64,000 nucleotides of DNA from a virus: the IMG/VR virus record IMGVR_UViG_3300020159_001918, positions 8,201 through 72,200 of that record. The stretch is one strand, 5' to 3'. The position numbers and the translations under genes are program-made. The notes below the pieces were generated by a model. The model worked only from the letters and a program-made list of their open reading frames with translations. It was not told the DNA's origin and made no database searches. Below are positions 43,721 to 53,569 of this stretch, piece by piece. Each line of letters starts with the position of its first letter. The stretch's first letter is position 1.

Positions 43721-45820
43721 ATGTCAGAAGAAATCGAAAACGGAAATCCAGATCTAACACCGATTGCTACTAAGCAATCTTCTATGTTCTTATTCAAGTT
43801 AACTGATGATTTCATAGAATCATATAGGTCTAAGTCTGCACCATTTGGATATAGGGATGCAGCTGGGAACTCTGTTGGAGAGATAACTTTTCTTCGTACT
43901 TACTCTAGATTAAAAGAAGATGGAACCAAAGAGACATGGTCTGACGTATGTGAAAGAGTTATTAACGGAATGTACTCTTTGCAAAAAGATCACTGCAAAA
44001 AGAATCGCTTACCATGGAATGATGCTAGAGCACAGGCGAGCGCCAAAGAAGCTTTCGATAGATTATTCAATCTTAAGTGGACTCCTCCTGGTCGTGGTCT
44101 TTGGGCTATGGGTACAAACATTGTAAATATACAAAAGAACTCCGCTGCACTGCAGAACTGTGCGTTTGTTTCTACTGGTGAAATGAATAAGTTTAACCCA
44201 GCAAAACCGTTTGCATTCCTCATGGAAGCATCAATGCTTGGTGTTGGTGTAGGCTTTGATGATAAAGGTGCAGATAAAGATTTTATTATCTATGAGCCAA
44301 AAGAATTAACATCATACATAATACCTGACACTAGAGAAGGTTGGGTTGAGTCCATGGCACTACTGCTTAATTCATACCTCAAAGAGAATCAACCTACATA
44401 TAATTTTGATTATTCTTTAATTCGCCCAAACGGTACTCCGATTAAGACATTTGGTGGAGTAGCTGCTGGTCATGAGCCATTAGAAAGGCTCCATGATCAT
44501 ATAAGAAAAATGTTTACTGGCCGCAAAGGCGACAAGTTAACGCGCATAGACATAGCAGACATAGGAAACGTTATTGGAGTATGTGTAGTATCCGGAAACG
44601 TTCGTCGTTCAGCTGAGTTGTTAATTGGCCGTTTAGATGATCAAGATTTCTTAAACTTAAAAAATTCAGAACGCTTTCCTGAGCGTAACTCATATGATTC
44701 ATCTGCTCCAGGTTGGGGTTGGATGTCTAATAACTCTGTAGAAACAGTAGTTGGCGCAGACTTATCTTCCATAGTAGAAGGCATCTCCCTTAATGGAGAG
44801 CCTGGTGTTCTTTGGATGGACATGTCCCGTAAGTACGGACGTCTAGCTGATCCGCCAAATAATAAGGATCACAGAGTTGCAGGCTATAACCCATGCGCTG
44901 AGCAGTCACTGGAATCATATGAGTGTTGCACCTTGGTGGAGACATATCTCAATCGTCACGACAGTCTAGAGGACTATAAGCGTACTCTAAAGTTCGCATA
45001 CCTCTACGCTAAGACTGTTACGCTCCTTCCTACACACTGGGAAGAGACTAACGCAATCATGCAACGCAATCGTCGCATCGGTGCATCAATGTCTGGTGTT
45101 GCAAACTTTGCTGATCGTGTTGGAGTTCCGGCACTTCGTGAATGGATGGATCAAGGATATAAAACCATTCAGCGATATGACAATGTTTACTCTGAGTGGT
45201 TGGGTATTCGTGAATCTATTAAGATGACGACTATCAAGCCTTCTGGAACCGTATCTATTCTTGCTGGTGAATCACCTGGCGTACACTGGACACCAGGTGG
45301 CAAATACTTTAATAGAACTATCAGATTCTCTAACGAAGATCCGATGTTACCGCTATTTAGAATGGCCAACTACAGGGTTGAACCAGCTTCTGAATCTCCA
45401 AATACAACCTCTGTTGTATATTTCCCAATTAAATCCGACGCTGAAAGAGCTGAAAAAGATGTTACAATCTTTGAAAAAATGTCTTTAGCAGCAACTGCAC
45501 AACGTTATTGGTCAGACAATTCTGTATCTGTAACAATATCTTTTAACAAGAATACCGAGGCGGAACATGTTGGAACTGTATTGCATATGTATGATGGACA
45601 ACTTAAGACGGTATCTTTCTTACCAAGTGGCAACGATACGTATCCACAAATGCCATACACTCAAATAACAGAAGAAGAATATACGGAAGCTTCGACATCG
45701 TTGTTCCCGATAGATTTAACTGGAGTATATGCTGGTATGGCTGCCGATGCAATTGGTGAACGTTACTGCACAACTGATTCTTGTGAAATTAAATTTATCA
45801 AGGACAACACAAAAGCATAG
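43721..45820 (+). CDS. nrdJ: Adenosylcobalamin-dependent (class II) ribonucleoside-triphosphate reductase
   Basis: QNCAFVST, GVGVGFDDKG, VSGNVRRSAELLIG, NPCAEQSLESYECCTLVE, KPSGTVSILAG. Confidence 0.9.
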   Translation: MSEEIENGNPDLTPIATKQSSMFLFKLTDDFIESYRSKSAPFGYRDAAGNSVGEITFLRTYSRLKEDGTKETWSDVCERVINGMYSLQKDHCKKNRLPWNDARAQASAKEAFDRLFNLKWTPPGRGLWAMGTNIVNIQKNSAALQNCAFVSTGEMNKFNPAKPFAFLMEASMLGVGVGFDDKGADKDFIIYEPKELTSYIIPDTREGWVESMALLLNSYLKENQPTYNFDYSLIRPNGTPIKTFGGVAAGHEPLERLHDHIRKMFTGRKGDKLTRIDIADIGNVIGVCVVSGNVRRSAELLIGRLDDQDFLNLKNSERFPERNSYDSSAPGWGWMSNNSVETVVGADLSSIVEGISLNGEPGVLWMDMSRKYGRLADPPNNKDHRVAGYNPCAEQSLESYECCTLVETYLNRHDSLEDYKRTLKFAYLYAKTVTLLPTHWEETNAIMQRNRRIGASMSGVANFADRVGVPALREWMDQGYKTIQRYDNVYSEWLGIRESIKMTTIKPSGTVSILAGESPGVHWTPGGKYFNRTIRFSNEDPMLPLFRMANYRVEPASESPNTTSVVYFPIKSDAERAEKDVTIFEKMSLAATAQRYWSDNSVSVTISFNKNTEAEHVGTVLHMYDGQLKTVSFLPSGNDTYPQMPYTQITEEEYTEASTSLFPIDLTGVYAGMAADAIGERYCTTDSCEIKFIKDNTKA

Positions 45821-45831
45821 GGGGGTTTACT

Positions 45832-46191
45832 GTGTCAGATGACAAAAATTTTGATAAGATATTTTCAGAAATAACTTCTCCACAAAACATAGGCTCTATG
45901 CCGGGTATAGTTGGTGCCCTCTCATTAAATAGTGCAAGAGATTATTCTTTGCTTTTGTCTGAATTGATTACAGCTATACAGGAAATAAATTTAATTATTG
46001 TTAATCTTACTGAAGATTGTGATGAACCATTTGTAATACCAGTTGAAGTAGTGGAAATTTTAGAGATGCTATACGCAAAAACAAAAGATTTCAACAACTA
46101 TATGGTAAACTTGGATCAAGATGATATAGGATACTATATCTACATAGACGAAGAAGAAGATTATGACGATGAATCAGAAGACGGAAAATGA
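45832..46191 (+). CDS. Hypothetical acidic protein
   Basis: ORF between nrdJ and thyX. Confidence 0.5.
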   Translation: MSDDKNFDKIFSEITSPQNIGSMPGIVGALSLNSARDYSLLLSELITAIQEINLIIVNLTEDCDEPFVIPVEVVEILEMLYAKTKDFNNYMVNLDQDDIGYYIYIDEEEDYDDESEDGK

Positions 46192-46894
46192 AGATTATGA
46201 TAATAACACAATACCTGTTTTAGACAAGGGTTATGTTAGATTAGTTGATGTTATGGGTAGTGACCTATCCGTAGTTAACGCTGCAAGAGCATCTTTTGCC
46301 AAAGAATCAAATGAGCTTTCTGTACAAGACGCAAGACTAATAGATTTTTTAGCAAGAGAAAATCATATGTCACCGTTCCGTCACGCATTTTTAACATTTG
46401 AATTTAAAGCTCCACTTATGGTTGCTAGACAGCATTGGAAATATGTAGTTGGATCAGATCACACAATGGACTCCTGGAACGAATCTTCCAGAAGGTACAT
46501 AACTATGGATCCAGAATTTTATATACCTGGGCCAGAACAGTGGAGACTCGCTGCAGAGAATAAAAAACAAGGTTCTTCTGGACTAGCTGGTCCTTGGACC
46601 GGTTCCATACTAAACACAGAATTAAAGCAGTTAGTTGACAAGTGTGAATCCATCTATAATATGGCCCTAGAGCAAGGGATTGCTCCAGAGCAAGCTAGGT
46701 TATTCTTGCCAGCATATGGTATGTACGTTACATATAGGTGGTCATGCAGTCTTCAGTCTGTGGCTTTATTTTTAAATCAAAGATTAGGCGAAGAATCGCA
46801 AGTAGAGATTCAAGAGTATGCAAAAGCTGTGTTTAATCTAACAAAAGAAAAGTTTCCAGTATCAATAGATAGACTGGTTTCAATACATGTATAA
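46163..46894 (+). CDS. thyX: Flavin-dependent thymidylate synthase
   Basis: SPFRHAFLTFEFKAPLMVARQHWKYVVG...WNESSRRYI and SLQSVALFLNQRL. Confidence 0.85.
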   Translation: MTMNQKTENEDYDNNTIPVLDKGYVRLVDVMGSDLSVVNAARASFAKESNELSVQDARLIDFLARENHMSPFRHAFLTFEFKAPLMVARQHWKYVVGSDHTMDSWNESSRRYITMDPEFYIPGPEQWRLAAENKKQGSSGLAGPWTGSILNTELKQLVDKCESIYNMALEQGIAPEQARLFLPAYGMYVTYRWSCSLQSVALFLNQRLGEESQVEIQEYAKAVFNLTKEKFPVSIDRLVSIHV

Positions 46895-47057
46895 AAACAT
46901 ACTATTGTTTATAATATTTTCTTTTTTAATTAATTGGACTATAAGTTTACAAATGTTAAATCAATCTTCTAAACAGAAGAGTATCAAGTTTACGGCAATC
47001 GCATTAGCTTTGACTACAGGAACTATTGCAGGATTTATAATTTCTCTTATACCATGA
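46887..47057 (+). CDS. Small membrane protein (56 aa), below the track threshold
   Basis: MYKNILLFIIFSFLINWTISLQMLNQSSKQKSIKFTAIALALTTGTIAGFIISLIP*; overlaps both neighbours by a few nt, as is usual here. Confidence 0.55.
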   Translation: MYKNILLFIIFSFLINWTISLQMLNQSSKQKSIKFTAIALALTTGTIAGFIISLIP

Positions 47058-47518
47058 CTGTAATATCTAAAAAAGATATACAGTTTATGAAGATGTGTAT
47101 CGATAGTTCAAAAACATTTTCTACTTGTGGTAAAAAGCAATACGCAGCTATGTTAGTGGATGAGTATAACCACATAGTTGGATTTGGATACAATGGTGGA
47201 CCAAGAGGTTTCCTACACTGTAACGAGGGTGGCTGTAAACGCTTTTTGGAAAACTCAAATAGCGGATCAGCATATGACAATTGTATAGCAATTCACGCAG
47301 AAGCAAACGCCTTACTTCATTCTGATTACAGTTCAAGGCCAAAAAAAATATATGTAAATGGTCCTCCTTGTTTTAGTTGCGCTAAGTTGATAGCCAACAG
47401 CACCCTAGATACTGTATACTATCTGTATGATTCTGACTATAAGAACTGGGAAGATGTGGAATCTTTTTTATTAAAAGCAAATGTAGAGACTATAAGGATA
47501 GATAATGGCAGCTTCTAA
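47054..47518 (+). CDS. dCMP deaminase family protein
   Basis: IHAEANAL and NGPPCFSCAKLI zinc-binding motifs. Confidence 0.85.
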   Translation: MTVISKKDIQFMKMCIDSSKTFSTCGKKQYAAMLVDEYNHIVGFGYNGGPRGFLHCNEGGCKRFLENSNSGSAYDNCIAIHAEANALLHSDYSSRPKKIYVNGPPCFSCAKLIANSTLDTVYYLYDSDYKNWEDVESFLLKANVETIRIDNGSF

Positions 47519-47747
47519 ATTAAATTATATTGTAGTATACAAAAATCATAGTCAGGTCTATGGTTGTTCCTCTAAAAAAATAGCTTTAGAATCACCTCCA
47601 CCAGAGGGCTATACAAACGATGATAAGAGAATACTTTTTGCAACATTTGAACCAGATACAAGTTCTTTGTGTGTTTACCCTGTATCATTAGATGATATAG
47701 AACTTGAAGAAGTAAAAGTTAAGAAAGCTAAGAAGAAAAATGACTAA
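47505..47747 (+). CDS. Hypothetical protein
   Basis: Short ORF in the operon. Confidence 0.45.
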   Translation: MAASKLNYIVVYKNHSQVYGCSSKKIALESPPPEGYTNDDKRILFATFEPDTSSLCVYPVSLDDIELEEVKVKKAKKKND

Positions 47748-47982
47748 GAAAAAAATAGAAAAAAAGAAAGTAAATATTAAACTTGAATCTGGGCAAACAT
47801 ATTTAGTTACTTCCATAGATGAGATGTTGCAAATAGCAAATTCTTTGATACACTTAGCTTCTTCAATCAAGGATGAAAAAGACAAATTGTCTATACTTGG
47901 TTTAAGCGAAGAAGCAGTAAAAGCAATGACCGAAAACAAATTTATAGGAGGATCTTCAGATGAAGATGAAGATTGGAATTAG
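47740..47982 (+). CDS. Hypothetical protein
   Basis: Short ORF in the operon. Confidence 0.45.
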   Translation: MTKKKIEKKKVNIKLESGQTYLVTSIDEMLQIANSLIHLASSIKDEKDKLSILGLSEEAVKAMTENKFIGGSSDEDEDWN

Positions 47983-48238
47983 TATCATAGTGGTGGCAGC
48001 ATGTTCTTATTTGGTGTATAGTCAAAAAAGAAAAGTTAGGTATGATTATTTCAACGATGTTTCAGAAGATTACTTTAAAGAATATCCACAGGGATATAAT
48101 CCACAAAGTAGTTTCATAGAATTCTTTGATAAGGAAAATATAAAAGAAGCCTTTAGTAGATATGATAAATATCTAGATCTTGGTTTGAATAAAGAAGACG
48201 CATTTAAGTCTGTAGTGGAAGACAAGAGAAATAAATGA
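47960..48238 (+). CDS. Small membrane-anchored protein
   Basis: N-terminal hydrophobic segment ISIIVVAACSYLVYS; ends overlapping the next ATG. Confidence 0.45.
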   Translation: MKMKIGISIIVVAACSYLVYSQKRKVRYDYFNDVSEDYFKEYPQGYNPQSSFIEFFDKENIKEAFSRYDKYLDLGLNKEDAFKSVVEDKRNK

Positions 48239-49038
48239 TAGATTTATGTGTAGTCAATTATAATACCAAGTCTCTTTTAGAAAGATTTCTAAACACACTT
48301 CATGCTGATTTTATTACAAGTGGAAAAGTTTGGAATTTAAATATCTGCGATAATGGTTCTACTGATGGTAGCTTTGAATGGCTAGAGGAAAATAAAGATA
48401 CTTATTACATAGCTAATGGTTGGAAAAAAGCTAACATAGGCTATTCAGCAGCTTGTAACTTCATGGCTTCATCGACATACGGTGATGTGATAGGACTGCT
48501 AAATGCAGATGTTTGGCTCACAAGTCAAGATCTAATTGATATAGATAATATCTTTCAATCCAATCCTGATATACATATACTTGGCCCAAAACAACGTGAT
48601 GAAAAAGGTCATATTACACATGCGGGAATAGTTGGATCAAACACTGCTCCAGCTCATCGTGGTTGGCATCAGCTTGACGTAGAAGATGTTCTTTACAGGG
48701 ATAGAGTAGAGTGCGTAACCGTATCTGGATCAGCGTATTTTATTAGAAGATCGGTTTGGGAAGCGCTAACCAATGATGAGGAATATCAAAAGATGTACCC
48801 AGGCGCATTAGGAGCCTTCCTGCCGACTCCTCACTACTATGAGGAGACGTGGTGCTCATACTTTGCTCGTCATCGTGGTTACAACGTAGTATACGACGGC
48901 AGCGTATCTATTGGGCATAGCTGGCACGCTTCTTCCCCTAAGCCAGGCGAAGGGTATAGTCATGCAGATTCACAGTTTAGATTAAGTCAATCAATATTTC
49001 GCAAAGCCTGCGATACAATAGGAATAGAAAGAGATTAA
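48235..49038 (+). CDS. Family 2-like glycosyltransferase
   Basis: LCVVNYNTKSLLERFLNTL, NGSTDGSFEWL, GLLNADVW. Confidence 0.85.
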   Translation: MIDLCVVNYNTKSLLERFLNTLHADFITSGKVWNLNICDNGSTDGSFEWLEENKDTYYIANGWKKANIGYSAACNFMASSTYGDVIGLLNADVWLTSQDLIDIDNIFQSNPDIHILGPKQRDEKGHITHAGIVGSNTAPAHRGWHQLDVEDVLYRDRVECVTVSGSAYFIRRSVWEALTNDEEYQKMYPGALGAFLPTPHYYEETWCSYFARHRGYNVVYDGSVSIGHSWHASSPKPGEGYSHADSQFRLSQSIFRKACDTIGIERD

Positions 49039-49039
49039 A

Positions 49040-49441
49040 ATGTCAGATCAATTTAATGTTTACCTTTACAATGCAGAAGTAGTTAAGATAGTAGACGGAG
49101 ACACATTCAAGATCAATATAGATCTTGGTTTTGAGGTTCACATTGGACCAAAGAGTGTCAGACTATACGGCGTTAACACACCAGAAAGCCGTACAACAAA
49201 CTTGGAAGAAAAGAAGATGGGCCTTGCTGCAAAAGAGTTCACTGATCAATGGATTAAGAAAGCTAATAGTAAAGTAAAGATCGAAACCATTCTTGATAAG
49301 AACGAGAAGTATGGCAGAATCCTAGCTAGAGTATGGAACGAAGCTGGCGAATGTCTCAACACTGAAATTGTCAAAGCCGGACTAGCCAGAGAATACTTTG
49401 GTGTAGGCGATAAAACATTTGAGGAATTCAAGAAGGCATAG
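49040..49441 (+). CDS. Staphylococcal-nuclease-like (thermonuclease) protein
   Basis: VVKIVDGDTFKINIDLG...VRLYGVNTPESR...GLAAKEFTDQWI; GRILARVW. Confidence 0.85.
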   Translation: MSDQFNVYLYNAEVVKIVDGDTFKINIDLGFEVHIGPKSVRLYGVNTPESRTTNLEEKKMGLAAKEFTDQWIKKANSKVKIETILDKNEKYGRILARVWNEAGECLNTEIVKAGLAREYFGVGDKTFEEFKKA

Positions 49442-49854
49442 TGCAAACTAGAGTATTTCTATCGGGTGCCATAGAAGACATTCAATCTGACTTTAAATAT
49501 AGTTGGAGAAATGAGGCGACTTCTCTTTTAGGTCACAGAGGCTTTAAAGCTGTCAATCCAATGGATTATGCTCTAGAAGAGGAAGACTGCCAACCAAAAG
49601 AAATAGTAGACAAAAATCTCTTTCTGCAAAAGAGCTGTGATATTATTTTAGTAGAATATACATTACTCTATAGGGCATACATTGGAACAGACTTTGAGAT
49701 GACCTGGGCGCATCTAAATAATCAACCAGTAATTGTTTGGGCTCATCAAGATATACAGCATAGAATTTATCTTAAGTTTCTTGCCACAAAAGTTGCAGAT
49801 ACTCTTGAAGAGGCTGTAGAATATATATCTAATACATATCCATCAACTAAATAA
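49441..49854 (+). CDS. Nucleoside 2-deoxyribosyltransferase-like protein
   Basis: VFLSGAIED, NPMDY, DIILVEYTLLYRAYIGTDFEMTWAH; GTG start. Confidence 0.5.
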   Translation: MQTRVFLSGAIEDIQSDFKYSWRNEATSLLGHRGFKAVNPMDYALEEEDCQPKEIVDKNLFLQKSCDIILVEYTLLYRAYIGTDFEMTWAHLNNQPVIVWAHQDIQHRIYLKFLATKVADTLEEAVEYISNTYPSTK

Positions 49855-49864
49855 AGGAAATAAT

Positions 49865-50047
49865 ATGGCAGAAAATAAGTTTAACTATTTTGAAGTAACC
49901 ACTTCTTATGTTGTTAAGGCCAAGAATAAGTCAGAGGCTGAAAAGGTAGTTCTTGGACGTCGTGGCGTTAAGGGCGAAGTTATTACTAGTAAGACTAATG
50001 TAGATCGAATCTCGGCTGTAGAAGTCCGAGAAATGTTGGAGATCTAA
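49865..50047 (+). CDS. Hypothetical small protein
   Basis: 60-aa ORF with AAGGAAA upstream. Confidence 0.55.
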   Translation: MAENKFNYFEVTTSYVVKAKNKSEAEKVVLGRRGVKGEVITSKTNVDRISAVEVREMLEI

Positions 50048-50060
50048 AAATCCTATTAAC

Positions 50061-50096
50061 TAGAGGGTAGCACTATTCACTTAGTGTTACCCTCTA
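50061..50096 (+). terminator. Intergenic hairpin, possible attenuator/terminator or processing site
   Basis: Stem AGAGGGTAGCAC / GTGTTACCCTCT (one G-T wobble) flanked by T..A; only a weak U-tract follows. Confidence 0.6.
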
Positions 50097-50115
50097 TAAA
50101 CCTTAAGGAAAGTAT

Positions 50116-50817
50116 ATGATATACGCTCAAATGGTGGGCAGAAATGAAGAGGGAAGATTTCTAGAGGAAGTTCTAGAAAGGCTTTCACAGCAAGTAGATG
50201 GTATTATTTTTACCGATGATTGCTCTACTGATAACACAGCCAAAATAGCAGAAAAATATTGTCATGTTTATTCAACTCCAGAGCAACTGTTCACAAAGCA
50301 TGAGGGTCAACTAAGAGCTTTTGCTTGGTCTAATATGTGCCAGCATGCAAAACTCGGTGACTGGATTGTAGCAATCGATTGTGACGAAATGTTGTATAAT
50401 AAAAATGATATAGACAATCTTGATATTTCATCTGTTCTATCAAATTCGCCTTATGATGTTGCCAATGTTCGTTTTTATCATATGTGGAACGAGAATCAAT
50501 GGCGTACAGATAAGCTATGGGCTCCAAATAATAGCAGTAGAATATTTAGGTTTAAAGAAAATGGCGGCTTTGCTAATAGAAGGTTAGCTTGCGGTTCAGA
50601 ACCTACATATGTAGTTGACTGGATTGGACAAAGAAATTTCTGGATTGATTCAGGGCTAGTTATGAAACATCTTGGATACGTAAGAGACGAAGATAAGATC
50701 TCTAAGCATCAAAGGTATTCGACTTTAGACGGTGGAGAATTTCACGCATTAAATCATATCAACTCAATAATAGACCCAAATCCAGTCTTGATTGACTGGG
50801 GAAATTTCTTAAGGTAG
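50116..50817 (+). CDS. Family 2-like glycosyltransferase
   Basis: MVGRNEEGRFLEEVLERL, FTDDCSTDNTAKIA, AIDCDEMLY. Confidence 0.85.
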   Translation: MIYAQMVGRNEEGRFLEEVLERLSQQVDGIIFTDDCSTDNTAKIAEKYCHVYSTPEQLFTKHEGQLRAFAWSNMCQHAKLGDWIVAIDCDEMLYNKNDIDNLDISSVLSNSPYDVANVRFYHMWNENQWRTDKLWAPNNSSRIFRFKENGGFANRRLACGSEPTYVVDWIGQRNFWIDSGLVMKHLGYVRDEDKISKHQRYSTLDGGEFHALNHINSIIDPNPVLIDWGNFLR

Positions 50818-50822
50818 GAAAA

Positions 50823-51497
50823 ATGAAAAAAGATATTAGAATTGCAACACACGCACAAACGATTCAATCGCTAACTTTAAAAATGTTATCTAAGGAACGT
50901 TTTGCTTATGTTAATTTTCCTCGATCAGCACTCATTGCTATGGGTAGTCCAGATATGAAGAAAGCTTCTAAGGACTTTAGTGATTCAATAAGTAAATCAT
51001 TTAGTATTAATGATAAGAATTTTATGAAAGGAATACCTTTAGCTTTTGTAAATTCTAATGATTCAGATAATGAATTAGATTATTCAAAAGTGGATTCTAA
51101 TCAGACATACTATAACTCAACAACACTTGAAAATTATTTCAATAATAATGAAGTAGCTTTTACATCTTTTGTAGACTTTTACATAAGAAATACCCCATAT
51201 GTTGTAGTTACATTTCATGATAGAAAAGTAATTACAAGGGTTTTAGGATCACCTGTGGACACAATTTATGTTCCATATAATGATTATTATGATAAGTTAG
51301 ATTCTATAATTGAAACTCTGGCAATCTATACAAGTAAAGTTGATACAGTTATTTTGGATTGTCCGCTACTTTCCGCTGCTTTAGCTGGTAAAATATGGGA
51401 CGAATTAAATTTTTCTATAATAGATTTTGGGAAGGTAATCGGTTTTGCTCGAGCAAGATTTAGCAATAGGATTTCCCAAAATGAAAAAACAGATTGA
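50823..51497 (+). CDS. Hypothetical; possibly GT-D-like glycosyltransferase
   Basis: FAYVNFPRSALIAMGSPD...VVVTFHD...VDTVILDCPLLSAALAGKIWDELNFSIIDFGKV. Confidence 0.4.
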   Translation: MKKDIRIATHAQTIQSLTLKMLSKERFAYVNFPRSALIAMGSPDMKKASKDFSDSISKSFSINDKNFMKGIPLAFVNSNDSDNELDYSKVDSNQTYYNSTTLENYFNNNEVAFTSFVDFYIRNTPYVVVTFHDRKVITRVLGSPVDTIYVPYNDYYDKLDSIIETLAIYTSKVDTVILDCPLLSAALAGKIWDELNFSIIDFGKVIGFARARFSNRISQNEKTD

Positions 51498-52125
51498 AGA
51501 TAAAGAAGATGATCTATTTTTAATAGATCTTTTATTTGAATCAGATCTAACTATTTCAGCTATAGCCAAAGAACTTGGTTATTCATTTACTCAGTTAAAT
51601 AAAAAGATTAATTCACTTGGTCTTTCTTGGATTAAAGAGCAAAAGAAAAAAACATCAAGAGGTCAAGCTGCGCTTACTCAGGCAATGCAAAAGCTTTTTC
51701 CTGGACAAAAGATCATAAACGAACATCACATAGGTGAGCGATTAAGAATCGATGTATATTGTCCAGAATATAGAATAGGTGCAGAGTTTCATGGTAGGCA
51801 GCACTTCTATTATACTGAAAGATTTTTTGAATCAAAATATGATTTTATTCAGGCTCAAAAAAGAGATGAAAGAAAATTAGAACTTTGCAAGCAAGAAGGA
51901 ATAACATTAGTTGTATTTAGATACAATGATGAGCTGAGTGAACAAGCTGTTTATGATAGACTATTGCAGGCAATAAGATTAAGTCCTAATGTTCCAGAGA
52001 ATATAAAGACGAATAAAAAGAGCATTACTCAAAATAAATTTTATCAGGATAGAAAAAAGCAATACAACGAAAGAAAGAAAGAGACATATAAAAAAATGAA
52101 AAAGAGAAGAGATAATCATGAGTGA
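51481..52125 (+). CDS. Vsr/DUF559-like endonuclease
   Basis: GERLRIDVYCPEYRIGAEFHGRQHF...KRDERKLELCKQEGITLVVFRYND. Confidence 0.65.
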   Translation: MKKQIEDKEDDLFLIDLLFESDLTISAIAKELGYSFTQLNKKINSLGLSWIKEQKKKTSRGQAALTQAMQKLFPGQKIINEHHIGERLRIDVYCPEYRIGAEFHGRQHFYYTERFFESKYDFIQAQKRDERKLELCKQEGITLVVFRYNDELSEQAVYDRLLQAIRLSPNVPENIKTNKKSITQNKFYQDRKKQYNERKKETYKKMKKRRDNHE

Positions 52126-53569
52126 TATTGAATCTTCTCCTGTAACTCAACCAATTGAGTATCAGATATTTGCTCTTTCATTTAGAGAAAAGGGAGCAAT
52201 ATCTTACTTTAAAGATAATTTAGATCCACAGATTGTTGGGATTAACGATAATCAACACGGTGTTCATGAATTCTACAATGCTCTTTTGTCATATGTTTCT
52301 AGTACAGATCTAGATATAGTCGATCCAATAGTATTCAAGAATTGGATACAACTAGAAAGCCGTGTCTTTGAGGCGCTCAATGGAGACGAGGGAGTTAATG
52401 CTCTTATGAGTGTCCTCTCTGATATGCAGTTGGCTAGCCCTGAAGCTGTTGTTCAAGTTCTTAAACATAAAGATAATAAAATTAAACAGAAAAATTATTT
52501 AAAAGAGTTAGAGATAATTATAAGCCAAAAAGGTATAAAAACCGAAGAAGATCTTGCGAGAATGTCTGAGATTTCTAATCTCATTAATGACTTAGAGAAC
52601 AGTGCTAGTTATGATCCGCTTGATGGAGTTGTAACAGCTAATCAAATAATAGAAAAGATTGACTCACTATTAGATACTCCAGACTTCTTGCCAACTCAGT
52701 TTAAGTCTTTAAATAGAGCAATGGGCTACACCAATGAGGGAGGCTTCTTTAAGGGAGCGGTACATGCGATCATAGCAGCCTCTGGAAAGGGCAAGAGTAC
52801 GTTTGCTAAATGTCTAGTAAATAACTGGTTAGATTGTGGATATAAAGCTTTATACATAAACTTTGAAGAAGCCAGAAATCACTGGGAACGTATATTAATG
52901 ACCCAGATAACTGGCAAGAACGTTTATTCAGAAGTGGATAAATGGTCTGAAGAAGAAAAAAATAAACACATTAAAACTTTTACAGATAAGTTAACCGAAT
53001 GGGGTGATCGTCTAATGGTTAAGCATGATCCAGACACTCCATATTTTGAGGACTTAGAGAGCTGGCTAAGAGATATCTTAATTCAGGGCGAACACATGCC
53101 GGACGTCATAGTTATCGACACTATCCAATCAATGTTTACTAGATCTAAGGGTAAAGCTAGATGGGGTGAATTCGAAGAAATGATGGTTCGTCTTGAAAAA
53201 ATAGCTAGAGATATGAATTGTGTATTGATAATCACTGCGCAAGAAAACTCAAATAGAATGAAAGAAAAAAGAGAAATAGTCATGCAGTCGGATACTGGTG
53301 GCTCTTTAGCTATACAACAAAAGTGTGCAGTAACTATATTTATTACAGAAAAGAAATTAGTTAGTGGTGATGATTCAGAAGATGAAAACGTAATGCAGTT
53401 GCAGATACCAAAAAATAGAATTACTGGTTCAACATTTTCTTACGAGCCACCACTTGTCAGATATGTGGATTCCAAAAAGTCTTATGTAGAGTATGAAATG
53501 GTTACACCCGCATCCTATGACGCCTCATCAATTCTAGATGATTTATTAAACAATGGAGATTTTACCTAA
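52118..53569 (+). CDS. DnaB-like replicative helicase
   Basis: IIAASGKGKSTFAKCLVNNWL (Walker A-like), VIVIDTIQSM (Walker B), SNRMKEKREIVMQSDTGGS. Confidence 0.8.
   Translation: MSDIESSPVTQPIEYQIFALSFREKGAISYFKDNLDPQIVGINDNQHGVHEFYNALLSYVSSTDLDIVDPIVFKNWIQLESRVFEALNGDEGVNALMSVLSDMQLASPEAVVQVLKHKDNKIKQKNYLKELEIIISQKGIKTEEDLARMSEISNLINDLENSASYDPLDGVVTANQIIEKIDSLLDTPDFLPTQFKSLNRAMGYTNEGGFFKGAVHAIIAASGKGKSTFAKCLVNNWLDCGYKALYINFEEARNHWERILMTQITGKNVYSEVDKWSEEEKNKHIKTFTDKLTEWGDRLMVKHDPDTPYFEDLESWLRDILIQGEHMPDVIVIDTIQSMFTRSKGKARWGEFEEMMVRLEKIARDMNCVLIITAQENSNRMKEKREIVMQSDTGGSLAIQQKCAVTIFITEKKLVSGDDSEDENVMQLQIPKNRITGSTFSYEPPLVRYVDSKKSYVEYEMVTPASYDASSILDDLLNNGDFT

Noticed and set aside
43920-45488. Out-of-frame ORFs inside nrdJ (43920..44126, 45261..45488)
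   Set aside because: Fully embedded in the well-supported RNR reading frame with no distinguishing signals.
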